This document shows positions 27,142 to 38,848 of a stretch of DNA of 64,000 bases, piece after piece. The stretch is from Hyaloraphidium curvatum SAG 235-1. Lineage: Eukaryota; Fungi; Monoblepharomycota. Positions within the stretch are counted from its first letter, which is position 1, and the number at the start of each line of letters is the position of its first letter. A program made the translations under genes and the position numbers. The stretch spans positions 310,001-374,000 of the forward strand of contig JAIVFI010000043.1 of the NCBI GenBank assembly GCA_025558095.1. Reading direction: 5' to 3'. Under the pieces are notes generated by a model. The model searched no databases. It was not told the DNA's origin and was given only the letters and a program-made list of their open reading frames with translations.

Positions 27142-27285
27142 AGTCGCAGGCCATGTACCGTTCCCACCTCCGGAGCACATCATCGCCCACGCGCTCGGCA
27201 AACGGCGCGGCACAGTCCGGTCCATGGTCCGCAGCTGCACGCGGACCTCGACGCCGGCGGAATATGCGGCGCGACCGAGGTTGTT
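27142..27285 (-). pseudogene. Degenerate fragment paralogous to the F-box-like gene at 30327-31736
   Basis: Aligns with 30891-31035 (SAGVEVRVQLRTMD..VGDDVLR.W.RYM.CD) with a 1-nt frameshift after TMD. Confidence 0.75.
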
Positions 27286-27621
27286 CTCTCGGCGGCGGCG
27301 CCGCCGGCTTCGAGCTGGATAGTGCCGACCTCGGCACCCCGCCGGCACGACCATCTTCGCGGCCTCCGAGGAACCCCCGCGGAGCTTCGTCACGGTGCCC
27401 AAGGAACGGTTGAATCACGTGATGACCGTCTCCGGGGAGCCGCATGAGGCGCTCAAGAGCGCGGGGGGGATGGGTGCACTTTGCGACCCGCGCGGTGGTG
27501 ACGTGTTTTCGGTGGGAAGCATCACCTTTTGCGGCGGCCTGTGGGACGGGAAGGGGTTCAGTGGCGGTATGTCGAGGATGCTCAAGAACGTGGTGAGTCG
27601 GTTCGGGGGGTTGGAGGGCCG

Positions 27622-29061
27622 CTAAACCGGGCAGAAAGCCTGCAGCGTGACCGACGCCCCCGCCCCCCTGAGAATCCCAAAAAGCCCCACGCCCACGGTG
27701 AGCCCCGTGGCCAGCATCCCCCTGAACAGCGGCAGGTCCACCGGGAACCCCGCGAAGCGCGCCAGGTCCCCCGCCGTAGCCGCCTCGAACCGCTCCAGCA
27801 GCCGCGCCTGGGCCAGCAGCCAGTCGGCGTCTGCGGGGGGCGGGGACCGCGCGCAGGCGGCGAGGAGGGCGTTGCGGGCGCGGCGGTACAGTAGGGCAAG
27901 GGAGGAGAGGCCGGCGTTCGATGCCGCGGCATCGGATAGGAAGCGCACGGCGACGACGACGTAGAGGCCCGCGGCGCCGATGAGGTAGGCGGGGATGCAG
28001 CCGGACCCTATCAGGGGAACGAGCGAGACGATGCAGAGGGCAAAGATGAGGATGAACACCGAGCGCGTGACCGCGTCCGTGGCGTCCCTGATCGTCCGCA
28101 GGGCCGGCGCCAGGCCGCGGTGCACAGACATCCACGGTTCCGCGGCGCCCTCGGCGGCGACGACACCGGCGGCGGAGCAGCGCGCGACAAGGGGGGCCAG
28201 CGCCAGTCTGACGGCCCTGTGGCGGATCCGTGCTTCCAGGTCCAGCAGCGCCAGGTCCGAAGGGATCGTCTCAAAGTACACCGCGAAGTGCACAATCACC
28301 TGCCCGAAGATGTTCCACGCAACGAGAAGGGCTTTACCAGGGTTTGACCACGTCGTCGTAGCGAGAGTGACAGCGTAGGTCCACTGGAAAAGCAGCCCCC
28401 ACACGGCCGTGCCCGGGACGAGAAGCAACAACGCGGACGCGAGCTGCAGTCTGCCCGACTTCCGCCCTACGTCGCCCGCGCATCGGGCAGCGGGGCAAGG
28501 GCACATGGGATCGCCTTCCTCGTGTGCAATCCACGGTCCGCCCGGGGCCGCGTACGGGGAGGTCCCTTCAACATGAGCAGGGGCCAGGGAGGCCCACCGA
28601 ACATACCCCGCCATGGGGTGCCGGTCGAGCGTGCGCCAAGCGGTGCGAGCGACGTCGAATCTCGCCGGGACGGCGAGCTGCACCACGAGCAGGAAGATTG
28701 CTGCGGCGCTCGCGCCGGTGGCGACCCCCCGCGTGGAGAAAAGGCCCGAAGCGAGCAGATCGGGGATGAACACAAACGGCTCCGCCACCATCGGCACCGT
28801 GGCGACCAGGAGGCGCAACAGCGCCCGCTGGTTGACAAAGGGCACGTACGGCTCCAGCGCAAACACGGCACGCTGGAAGGGCAGGTGCCTGAAGGCAGAG
28901 AAAAAGTCGGAGCGGGTGAGCGGGGCCGCCTTGCGGGCGGCGCTCGCGGGGTCGTCCTCGGCGGGCTCGTCGGGCCACAGCGGGGCAGCCGGCTGCGTGG
29001 GAGCCGGGAGCAGGGCCAGCCACACGTCGGGGGGCGGCCCGGAAGCAAAGCGCGGTTCCAT
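27622..29061 (-). CDS. Intronless 7-TM protein, family member 2 (GR-like/7TMIC-like)
   Basis: HEEGDPMCPCPAARCAG, GSGCIPA, AASNAG, RFAGFPVDLPLFRGMLATGLTVGVGLFGILRGAGASVTLQAFCP. Confidence 0.8.
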   Translation of the reverse strand: MEPRFASGPPPDVWLALLPAPTQPAAPLWPDEPAEDDPASAARKAAPLTRSDFFSAFRHLPFQRAVFALEPYVPFVNQRALLRLLVATVPMVAEPFVFIPDLLASGLFSTRGVATGASAAAIFLLVVQLAVPARFDVARTAWRTLDRHPMAGYVRWASLAPAHVEGTSPYAAPGGPWIAHEEGDPMCPCPAARCAGDVGRKSGRLQLASALLLLVPGTAVWGLLFQWTYAVTLATTTWSNPGKALLVAWNIFGQVIVHFAVYFETIPSDLALLDLEARIRHRAVRLALAPLVARCSAAGVVAAEGAAEPWMSVHRGLAPALRTIRDATDAVTRSVFILIFALCIVSLVPLIGSGCIPAYLIGAAGLYVVVAVRFLSDAAASNAGLSSLALLYRRARNALLAACARSPPPADADWLLAQARLLERFEAATAGDLARFAGFPVDLPLFRGMLATGLTVGVGLFGILRGAGASVTLQAFCPV

Positions 29062-29214
29062 CGCAGGGTGGCACGTTCTGCGTATCTGGGCGGGAGACTG
29101 TCACTCGCCGACCAGCGCTGCTCCGAGAAATTCGATTGGATTATAAGGGTCCTTCCGCCGTGCCCTTCTATCGCCACTGCCTCCCACTCAAACGAGCAAC
29201 GCCAGAGGCGCAGA

Positions 29215-30248
29215 ATGGCCCGCAGCAGCATCTCCGGCTGGTCTGCCCTCGTCACGGGTGGCTCCATGGGAATCGGCTTCGAGTGCGCAAGGGCTCTTGT
29301 CCGCGACGGTTGCACCGTCACCCTGGTGGCCCGTCGGCCCGACCGCCTCGCGCAGGCAGTCGAGCTGCTGCAAAAGGAGGCGCCCGAAGGGACCGGCGTG
29401 TTCTCGGTCGAGTGCGACGTCACGGACGAGGAGACGGTAAAAGGGGCTGTGCGTGCAGCTTTCGTGAACGGGGGGGACAAGCTCCACGTCGTCGTGCACA
29501 GTGCCGGCGGCTCCAGGATCCAAGACGGAGATGCGATGCTGCTTCCACGGATCTCCTTGGAGGGGTGGAAGGCGAGTTCCCAATCGCACCACGCGGAATC
29601 AGGTGGAGCTCAAGCCTGTAGAGTAGTACATGCTGGACCTCAACGTCACCTCATTCTTCCTCATCGTCAAGCATTCTGCACCCTACCTTGCCAGAACCGC
29701 TGCATCCTTAGCGGTCGGCACGCCCCTGAGGCCCCCAACGACGTCGATAGTAGCCATATCGAGCGTGAACTCGGTGAGGACGACCAAGTACCACGGCTCC
29801 TACGCCGTGACAAAAAGTGCGGTCTGCGCGACGGTCAGAGCTGCCGCTGCGGACCTGGGATCTTATGGAATTCGAGTGAACTCGGTTATGGTGGGCTGTG
29901 GAAAGTAGCTTGTCTGCGGGCTTCTGTCAACTAATCCGCGATCCCCGGGTCGTTTAGCCGGGACTCATGCCGACAGAGCTATCTGCACCCTTCCTCGGCA
30001 CCCCCCTTTTCAGGTCGTACACCGACAACCAGATCCTCAAACGCGTCGGGGACGTCGGCGACCCGGCGGACCTCGTGCGGTTCCTCGCGGGACCGGAGAG
30101 CAGCTGGATTACCGGCGAGTCCATCTCGGTCGATGGAGGGCAGCACGTATACGGCGGGGGCGTGCCGGAGGACTGGGAACTGTTCTTGGGAGAGATCTTT
30201 GGGGACGCGGCCAAGGACAGGATCACGATGCCCGAGATCGAGCCTTGA
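29215..30248 (+). CDS. Short-chain dehydrogenase/reductase, 2 introns
   Basis: LVTGGSMGIG, VECDVT, VHSAG, ISS, YAVTK, GIRVNSV|PG, SWITGESISVDGG. Confidence 0.92.
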
Positions 30249-30326
30249 ACGGCAACTAGACTCCCTATAGGCACCGATTTTCTCTAGAGTATGTGCCGCA
30301 AGCAACGCTAATTTGGACGCCTCAGT

Positions 30327-31736
30327 TCATGTCCTTGGCCAACGACGGGATCGAAACGAAACGCCGCGCATCCCGCCGCCGATCTCGCACGCTTTTACCG
30401 ATCCCGTGCCCGGACCGCCGCCGCCCGCGGCCGCGTGCTCCCGGCCGCACAGCACCAGCTCCTCCAGGCCGTCCGTCGACAGCACGATGTGCTCGGCGGC
30501 CTGCAGCACCCCGATGCACTCGAGCAGCCGGATCCGCTCTACCGGATCGGCGGCGGACCACTCCACCCGGTGCTTGCCCGGTCGGCGAGAAAGAGATCCG
30601 CGAAGGCGACCGACGGAGCTCTTCCGCGAGGCGCGCGACGTCCTGCGCGGTGGTCGTCGGGCCGATGGATACCTGGTGGATCCGCAGCGTCTCCAGCCCT
30701 GGCCAGAGCCGCACCTGCGCGAGGTCGCCGCCGAGGCACTGCAGGTTCAGGTGCCGCACGGAGCCCAGCCCCGCGAGCTTTTCGAGGCACTCGTCATCGG
30801 TCGAAAGATAGGCCCAGTCGTCGTCCTAAGCCACCTCGATCGCCGCCGGCCGGAACGAAGTGCGGTCGCAGAGGTGCCACAGCAGGGCCCAGTCGCAGAC
30901 CATGTACCGGTCCCACTTCCGGAGCACATCGTCGCCCACGCACTTGACAAACGACTTGGCGCGGTCCGAATCCATGGTCCGCAGCTGCACGCGGACCTCG
31001 ACGCCCGCGGAATGGGCGGCGCGGCAGAGGTCGTTGACGATCTCCCCGACGGCATTCCCCCGCAGAAATAGCTTGGCGAGCTTGGGCGGGAGGGTGAGGT
31101 GGTCCAGGCAAAGATGGCCGGGATCAAAGTCCGAGGCCGCGAGCACGAGGTCTTCCAGCCCGGCGAGCGGGAGAGAGAAGAGAGCCTCGACGTCGGCGAG
31201 GGAGTGGACGCAGAGCTCGAGGCGCCGGAGGTTGCCAAAATTCCCCACGAAATGGCTGAGCATGCCGGCATTGAACTGACCAGCATCGTCGGGAACGAAC
31301 ATGGTCCGTACGGCCCGGGCGTGCGAGCCGTTTGCCAGGCTCCACGCGCGAGAAAGGTATTCGAACGAGTTGCAGTACCAATCGCCTGAATCGATTTTGG
31401 CCACCAAGAGCGGACCGAGGAGGCGGTAGCACGCCTTCGACGACCTGGCCAACCGGAGCAGCGTCCTCGGTCACGGTAACAGCCGAGGAACTCCGCCACG
31501 CGCAGCAGCAGCTCCGGCGGCAGCCTCGGCCTCTCCTCGCCGTCTCCGGCCGGCAAAGAATCGGCGGTTGCGTCCAGATCCACCGGCAAGGGCAGGTCCG
31601 CCCGGGCCAGCGCGGCCTGGAGCCGGGCGGCCTCGCGCTCGAGCGCCGCAACGCGCCGGCGCAGCGCCGCGCGGTCCTCTTCGGCGGCGACCAGCTCCCG
31701 TCTCAGGGCGCGGCATTCGCACGGGACGGACGCCAT
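30327..31736 (-). pseudogene. Coiled-coil + F-box-like protein, disrupted
   Basis: RLPPELLLRVAEFL then frameshift (~31470) into RTLLRLARSSKACY; in-frame TAG at 30826-28; further frameshift near 30575. Confidence 0.7.
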
Positions 31737-31958
31737 GGCGGCAAGGGGCGGAAGGCGCCTCGAAGGCGAGGTTGCGTGCGGGCGCGTGGTGTGGGGCGTG
31801 GGTCCCGCAATAGCGCGCGATTTCGGTCATCCGCCGGAATCATCTTCTGGCTCGCCCGACGGGGGCCGGCAAGCTTAACCCGTACACCTGAACAACAGCT
31901 GGAAGCTGGGTGAGCCAGTGGGCCCGATGGCAGACAAGTCGGGGTGAGCATCCACGAC

Positions 31959-33508
31959 TCACGCCCCCGCGCCGGCCTTTGCCCTCGATTTCGCGTCCTT
32001 TGCTGGCGCCTGCGGGCGGGACGTCTGTCGGCCCCGAGCTCCCCCGCCCCGCGGGACGGCGCACCCACCCCGACCTTGCCCCGCAGGCACTCCTGCACCT
32101 TTGCGTTCTCGGCGTTCCTGTCGAACAGCTCCGCGTAAAAATCGGCCATGCGCTCGGCATAGTCCGCGATCAAGCGCCGGAAGTCGTCCGTGAACCGGTA
32201 CCGGGTGAGCGTGTCGATCGCGTTCTTCTTGGTGTCCTGCTTGGCCAGCTGGAAGTCGTTGCGCTGCGGTGCGCGCTCTGACGCGGGGGCCGGGGTGGGG
32301 GGGGAGGGGGGGTGGTGGGGCTGGTGAGATCGGGGAGGCCGCCGGCGCTGCTGCATGCGGGGCCTCACTCTTATCGTTGCACGCCTTAACCGTTTCGCGC
32401 TTGGCCGGGGCGCCGATGTTGACCTCCTTGGGGCTCTTGTCAAGGATGTAGGTCAGGCATATGGAGTCGAACGCGGCCCTCAGGGCGCGGCCCCTCGTGC
32501 GGGCAAAGGTTGACCGAAAGGACCATTCGGCGTTGAGGAACTCGATGTTCTCGGCCGAGTACTCGGTGCGGGCGTACTCGAGGAAGTCGGCGTTCATGAC
32601 CTGGTCGCTGAGGAGGAGGTTGACCAGGGGTTTCAGGCTCTCGGTGACTGCCGCGAGCGAGGTTTCCTCGTCCACGTCGGTGACAGACTTTGGGCATTGC
32701 GGCGAGGGAAGTTTGCTTCCCGGATCGCACCGCGTGCCGGGACGGCCCACCTGGAGACAAGTGTACCGGTCCTTCGCCGTCAGCAGGGTCTTGGCGTGCC
32801 GGATCACCGTCTGCTCGAACCGCTTCTCAAAGTCATCGATGAGCTTGGCGGCACCCTTTGACTTTTTCCAGTTGGCCACCTCGGCGAGGAATGTCTGGTC
32901 CCGCTTGATGTGCCTGGTGGCGGCGCGGAACGTGTCCGCGGGGGCATCGAAGCCTTCCGCCGTCACGGCATCGGTGATTGCAGTGCGAATGGCGTCGGGA
33001 ACGCTGATCTTCTGCCTCGCGTCGTCGGAGACGTAGGTGTTATAGATCCGCTGGGCCCATTCGACGTGCTCAGCGAGCGCCTCTGCGTCCTGGCGGTCGA
33101 CCTTGGCCACCCTCCACGTTGAGAAAGTTGTAAGGGGCGCACATGGACGGCCGCGCGCTGCGAATGCAGGGCGCCATCAGTTCGGGGGCGGACGGAACCA
33201 GCGAACCCTGCCTGCGGGGCCGCGCACCAGACAAAGTCCCCGAAGCTCGCCGACAGCGTCATCTCCGACAGGATCGTGTTAACGAGGTCCTTCCCCGTGG
33301 CCTTGAGCCCCTGCCCTCCCGAAACGGCGACGGTGGTCGTGCCGACGCCCGATGCGTGCTTGGTCGCGTCGGCGTTCTTGGTTTGGCCGCCGCCGCCGCG
33401 CTGCCCGGACCGCCCGCGACCGGCATCCTCCGCGCAGAGCGCGCCGCGGAGCGTGAGGGACAGCAGCGCGAGCAGGGCGAGGAGGGGCACCGGCCGCGTG
33501 CGCGCCAT
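31959..33508 (-). CDS. Tandem RGS-domain protein with N-terminal signal peptide (first exon junction unresolved, possible frameshift)
   Basis: FLEYARTEYSAENIEFL...ICLTYILDKSPKEVNI (RGS); second degenerate RGS AQRIYNTYVSDDARQKISV; N-terminus MARTRPVPLLALLALLSLTLRGALCA. Confidence 0.72.
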
Positions 33509-33987
33509 TGCTGGTTTCCGGGCGGCTTTTGGGTGCCGCGACTCGGGAGGACCCTGAAAGTAGATGTGCCATTCACACTCACGCATCATCCTCCGACGTT
33601 CCACAGACTCCAGCTCTCGGCTCTCGGTTTTCAGAGTCCCCTTGCCGGACCTCCTGGCGGGATTCGTAGGCACGGGCCATGGGAGGAGCTAGCGGCAAGT
33701 AATGAATTTCACCGCCACGAGACGCGCGCCCTTTGCAAAGCTCGCTACTTGGAATCCCCGCTGGCTTGGTGCAGTGATCCCGATGCTTCAGATGATGGTT
33801 GAGTTTGCCCCCATCTTGCCAGGCCGGGATGCCGCCCGGGCCTAAGCGGCGCTGCTGTGTTTGGACCGGCGTCCAAAAGCCCCGGATCCGACCCCTACAG
33901 GCGCCCTTCCGAGTCATGGATCCCGTAGGAGTTCGGTCGTCTGTAGCTCGATGGGATTGGATATCGTACAATGGCCGAAGCCATCCG

Positions 33988-34863
33988 TCAACCCGTTGAC
34001 CCGATCACTTTCTCGAACCACGCCCACATCTCGCCCTCGGTCCGCGGATCGTACCTGTGCCCGAAGCCCCCGACCTCCCGTGTCGTCACCTCGGCTCCCC
34101 ACGCACGGAGCACCCTTGCGGCATCCCTGCTCCCCGGCGCCGCCCACCGGTCCTCCGATCCCCACGCCAGGAACACCGGAGGCAGTTTGTCCGGCAGCCC
34201 GGCCGGCTTGGCGTCCTCCCGGCCCCAACCATCGTCCCACGCGCCCATCCAGGGGCACGCCGCCGCCGGCGGATAACCCCCGGGCGCGTAAGTGGCCGGG
34301 TCCGCGAGGACGTTCATCGCAAACAACGCCCCGTTGGACAAGCCGAGCACCAGCGTCCTGTTCTGATCCGCGCGCACCTCGCGTTCGGGCGACGACAGTT
34401 CCGCCATCAGCGCGCGGTGGAACCGCAAATCGGGGTTGCGGGAATGGGAGCCCGCGTGCGTCGAGAACCACCCCGCCTTGCCGTACCGCTCCTTGAACTC
34501 GTCGCTCGAGTCAGGGAACGCCAGGATGAATTTGTGGGACGTCGACATGGCGGCCCACCCGGTCTCGGCGAGCATGTAGAAGGCCGAGCGCGTCATCCCG
34601 TGGTACGCAATGACGAGAGGGTGCGCGCCGGGGGGCAGAGGAGGGTGGTAAACGAGGGCGCGGCGCGAGCCGATGTTCAGGGTTTGGAGGCCGGGCAGCG
34701 CGGGGCAGTCCGGGGGCGGCGCGGGCGCGTCGGAGGACCGCGGATTCGCGGACGGCGCGTCGGGGGGGACGGGCCGCGATGCCGCGGGCGCGGGCGGCGC
34801 CGGCGCGTACAGGAAGAGGAGGAGCCAGCAGATCGCGTTGAAGAGGAGGAGCGGGAGCTGCAT
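33988..34863 (-). CDS. Alpha/beta-hydrolase (PHB depolymerase / feruloyl esterase-like) with N-terminal signal or anchor
   Basis: PLVIAYHG, FILAFPDS, nucleophile elbow GLSNG, WGSEDR, GGFGH; intronless. Confidence 0.82.
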   Translation of the reverse strand: MQLPLLLFNAICWLLLFLYAPAPPAPAASRPVPPDAPSANPRSSDAPAPPPDCPALPGLQTLNIGSRRALVYHPPLPPGAHPLVIAYHGMTRSAFYMLAETGWAAMSTSHKFILAFPDSSDEFKERYGKAGWFSTHAGSHSRNPDLRFHRALMAELSSPEREVRADQNRTLVLGLSNGALFAMNVLADPATYAPGGYPPAAACPWMGAWDDGWGREDAKPAGLPDKLPPVFLAWGSEDRWAAPGSRDAARVLRAWGAEVTTREVGGFGHRYDPRTEGEMWAWFEKVIGSTG

Positions 34864-35104
34864 GACACGACCGCGCATGGGCCTAAACACCCCGACGCTT
34901 CGATCGCGCGAGGGCGTCGATCGCGTTCTACCTGGAACATCGACACTCGAACCCCGCCGGCATTTGGGAATCGGGCTTGGCCGCCTCTGGCCTACTGCTC
35001 TCGGCATCTTTTGTCTGTGGCCCTGTCTCCGAGGTCGTTTTCGAATGGACGCGAGAGAACTGGGCGCCGAGATTCCGGCCCCGGCGACCATCCGCTTAGG
35101 ACAG

Positions 35105-36577
35105 ATGTCCGCAAGCCAACGCGCCACTGCCGGCGATGTTAAGGCCGACGAGCCGGCGGCGTTCGGCGACTACGAGTGGCTCGCACTTTTCCCGTTCGTC
35201 GTTGGCCCGTCGGTGCCGCTCGCCGATGGTCCGCCGCCACCGGATCCGGCCGCTGACCTCCGCGCGCTGAAGCCGCGGGACCTCAAATCGCTCCTCACCG
35301 CATGCAAGGAGGCGCACCGGCCTTTGATCGGCATTCTGCTTCGCGCGTACGCTTCTCTGTTCCTGGGCGACTTTGCGGCGCAGCTGTTGGGTATGATTCT
35401 GCGAGTTCCGGCCGTGGCTGCCGCGCTCGTCTTGGCAGCAAACAGCACTCGGTATTCGGCGCGGAATTTGTGGCTCGGGGGCTTTGCGGTCGCCGTCCAA
35501 CTTCTCTGGGGACCCGCAGTCTCCTTCAGCCATCAGTTGCGGAACGCTCGCGCGCTGTTCAGGGGGAGGCACAAGACTTTTGTCGACAACGCAGTATCCA
35601 GTTTCAGTGTCGCCAACATGTTTACTTGGTCCTTGCTGACTAAGCAGCGGCCGGACTCACCGCTCCTGGCGCACCGCGAAGCGGATGATGCGTGCACGTG
35701 CCGAACCTGTGCCGGGGACGTAAACCGAGTCGACGCTTTGTCGCGTTTCGTCGACCTCTTTTCCAATGGCATAATCCACATCCTTATCGTTCCGTTCCTG
35801 CTTTGGACACCGGCCGTTGCGTTTGCATCCTCCTTCTGGTCGACACCGTGGGCAATGGCCGCCGCGCTCTGTCTCATTTCCCCGCTGCCCTTGATCTGGC
35901 AGACTCTGGGCCGCGTTCTCAACTTCCCTGGCCTCCCAGCGCTGCACTACGAGTCCCGGCTGCGGGTCCGGGCATCGACGTTGGCCCTCGATGACCTGCT
36001 CGCTCGCTACCGCCGGCTCGTCCCCCTTGGTGCAACCCCGGAGCACCCTCAGCGAGAACCCTATCTTGACCTCTGCCGCACTCTCTCCGGCTACTGGTCC
36101 TCCACCGGTCGCTTCGCGCCCACCCTCATCCGATCCTACGTCATCGCCCACGTCTGCGCAATCGTGCTCTGCTTCGTCCTCAACGCCGCCGCGGGATGCA
36201 TCACGGCCTGGCAGCTAGCCGCGCTCGCCTACTTTGTCGCCTTCACCTCGAGCGTGCTCGTCAACGTGGCGGCGCAGAATGCCGGGGTCACTTCGATCAC
36301 CGAGCTCTGGGCCCGAGCCCAAGGCGCGCTGCGGGCGCTGGCGCTCGAGTGTGGGCCCGGAGAACCAAGGACCGCCATCAGGGACCACGACCGCGTGCTG
36401 GCGGGGTTCGTGGACAGGGGCCGGCTGTTCCGTGCCAAGATGTTCGGCTTGATTGTGGACTTTGGCCTGCTGAGGGCGCTGGCAGCCACGGCAATCACGA
36501 TTGCCGTCGGTCTCTTTGGTATCTTTAGGGGAGCGGGGCTCAGGATCACCTTGGAAACCTTCTGCCCAGCGGGGTGA
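35105..36577 (+). CDS. Intronless 7-TM protein, family member 3 (GR-like/7TMIC-like); start uncertain
   Basis: DPAADLR, HREADDACTCRTCAG, AAGCITA, AAQNAG, KMFGLIVDFGLLRALAATAITIAVGLFGIFRGAGLRITLETFCP. Confidence 0.8.
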   Translation: MSASQRATAGDVKADEPAAFGDYEWLALFPFVVGPSVPLADGPPPPDPAADLRALKPRDLKSLLTACKEAHRPLIGILLRAYASLFLGDFAAQLLGMILRVPAVAAALVLAANSTRYSARNLWLGGFAVAVQLLWGPAVSFSHQLRNARALFRGRHKTFVDNAVSSFSVANMFTWSLLTKQRPDSPLLAHREADDACTCRTCAGDVNRVDALSRFVDLFSNGIIHILIVPFLLWTPAVAFASSFWSTPWAMAAALCLISPLPLIWQTLGRVLNFPGLPALHYESRLRVRASTLALDDLLARYRRLVPLGATPEHPQREPYLDLCRTLSGYWSSTGRFAPTLIRSYVIAHVCAIVLCFVLNAAAGCITAWQLAALAYFVAFTSSVLVNVAAQNAGVTSITELWARAQGALRALALECGPGEPRTAIRDHDRVLAGFVDRGRLFRAKMFGLIVDFGLLRALAATAITIAVGLFGIFRGAGLRITLETFCPAG

Positions 36578-36782
36578 TGGCATGAGGTCGATCACGAAAT
36601 TCACGCAAGCGCGGGCTGGTCGCAGCTCGACGGGCGCAAGTGGCCGTCTTTCGAGCTTCTTTTTCACCGAGAAACAGTCGATATGTATGTCGCCTTACGG
36701 CACACTCGTATGCCTTGGTCAGTCTCGGGTGCCGTGTCGAAACGGCCAACGTCGCCCCTAGACCGACCAATTCTGCGCGCTC

Positions 36783-38848
36783 TCAACACCCGATCGCGTC
36801 AAAGTCGTCGATCCAAGCGCACAGCATCGCAAACCGCGGCGCGTTGATCCTCACCGCTGCATCGGCAAGCCGAGGTCAGCTCCGCCCGCCCTCCGCACCC
36901 GGCTCCGCGGTGTCACCCACCCCGGTTGTAGCTCGGATCCGTGTGCCCCGTCACGTACGACTGGTTGGCCCACCTCTCGTCCCCGCGCAGCCACATCTGG
37001 GCGCTGTTGACGCCGTAGATGACCCGCTTGGTGCCCCGCGGGTTCCACGCGTACACGCCCGAGCCGCTGTTGCCCTTGACCATGTCGAACCGGTAGTTGA
37101 AGCTCTGCTCGTGCGCGGCGATCACGGGCCCCCCGGAGTAGTACAGTCGCTTCCACTTGTCGCCGGGGTAGCCGTTGACTTGCGCCAGGCGTGCAGGTTA
37201 GCGCTGGTTTGCGGCGAAATCGGAAAAGGACCCACGGTTCATGGTCCAGCCCGAGTCGATCCCGTCGTTCCACCCGTAGTTGAACCAACCCAGCCCCGTG
37301 TCCTCCTCGAGCTCGATCAGCGCGTAGTCGTAGGCAAAGTCCCCCCGTTCGGTCCACCCCGGCCTGGCGTGCACCGCGTGCCAGCGCAGGACGCCGTGCG
37401 GGGAGGCGGGGACGCCGTCGTCGTCGTGGGAGGGGGTGAAGTCCAGGTTGCGGATGTAGTCGCCGTCCTTGCCGCTGTGGACGCAGTGCCCGGCGGTGAG
37501 GACGTGGCGGGGCCCGACGATGGTGCCGGTGCCTGGATGCGTGGGAACGCCACGGCATCGGGCGGGGTCACTCAGATGGGCGTGGAATCGAGCGCGGATG
37601 GAACTCACAGTGGTCTCCTACGACGCCAACAACGCGGTAGCGCCGCTCGTTGCGCCGCTCCGGCGGTATGCGAACGCGATCGTCGGCACCAAAGATGTAA
37701 CGCTTGGCAGGGGCCGGGTTAGCATCTGCCAAGAGACCGATGCGGGCGGCAGCTGGCAGGGTAAGGGAGGTGCGGGTGCGCGATTTGGTCGAGGCCTTGG
37801 ATGAAGCTGCGGGCTGGGTTGCCGTCGGGGCCCTGCCAGAACTCGTAGACGGGCTCCGAGTTGACGTGCGGCCTGTGGAAGTCCGGATGGAGGTGTTGTT
37901 TGATGTACTGCTCCTTCTGCTGGTTAAGCTTGTCGTGGACGTCGCTGTCAACGTGCGGCTTGTTGACGAGCTCCGAGTCGTTGTGCCGCTCGTGGAAGAC
38001 ACGGTTCGCGTCCTGCTCGAAGAAGACACGGTTCGCGTCCTGCTCGACGACGACACGGTTCGAGTCGATGTCGTCCGACTCCTGGCCGTCGAAGATTTCG
38101 TTGCCGTCCTGCTCCGCGTCGTGCTGGAGGACGTGGCCGAGGTTGTCGTGCGCCTCAAACAAATCTTCCCCGCAACCCAGTCCCCCGTGCAGCTGTAGTA
38201 CCTGCTCCCGGGATGCTCCGCCGACTGCAGCGTCCAATGCAGCTGGTCGGGCGTTGCGGGATCGGGAACCATAAGCGCCCTCGCATACGCCGCGAGGGCG
38301 GCCGCGACGGCGGTGGCGTTGTACCTGAAACGCACCACCTCGCCCGTTGCCCGCGCGGCCGAGACCCAATCGTGCTCCGCGTCGCCATCGAACGCGGTGC
38401 CGGCCTCGCGGGCCTCGATCGGGGTGTCGGGCTCGGCAAACACGCCGCCGAAGGACGTCGGAGGGAGCGCATCGCGCGCGGCGTAGGCGCGGCGGAGCGG
38501 GTTGAACGGCGCGGCAGCCGACGGCGGCGGGGAGATGTACACGACGTCGGCATCGGGTTCGGGGAGCAGCCCGCCGGTCGCCGTCAGCGCCTCGGCGGCG
38601 TACTGGTGGCCTGCAGGGGATGTTGCGGAGAGTCAGCCCAGTCCGCACGCGCGCCGAATCCCACCGCCCGGCAGCCGGCGCCCGGTAGCGGCAGCGGAAG
38701 GCAGGCGGCGGAAGGATCCGCATGCGCGGGGGCACGAACCGAAGGCGAGCTGGCCGGCGGACGTCTGCGCCGCCGTGGGCGGTGCCCCGAGGGCCGCCGC
38801 GGCCAGCGCTGCGACGCCACGGAACAGCGCGTGCGGGCGCGCCTTCAT
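36783..38848 (-). CDS. Secreted trypsin-fold serine protease (V8/glutamyl endopeptidase-like) with long pro-region
   Basis: Signal peptide; KR|YIFGADDR; TGTIVGPRHVLTAGHC, DYALIEL, GYPGDK, GNSGSGVY (His-Asp-Ser triad); 4 introns. Confidence 0.88.
37995..38062. repeat. 27-nt coding tandem repeat (~2.5 copies)
   Basis: GAAGACACGGTTCGCGTCCTGCTCGAA units encoding TRTVSSSSR in the protease linker. Confidence 0.8.

Noticed and set aside
30826-30828. In-frame TAG as stop-codon reassignment or read-through
   Set aside because: The same gene has frameshifts, and TAG ends intact genes in this window.
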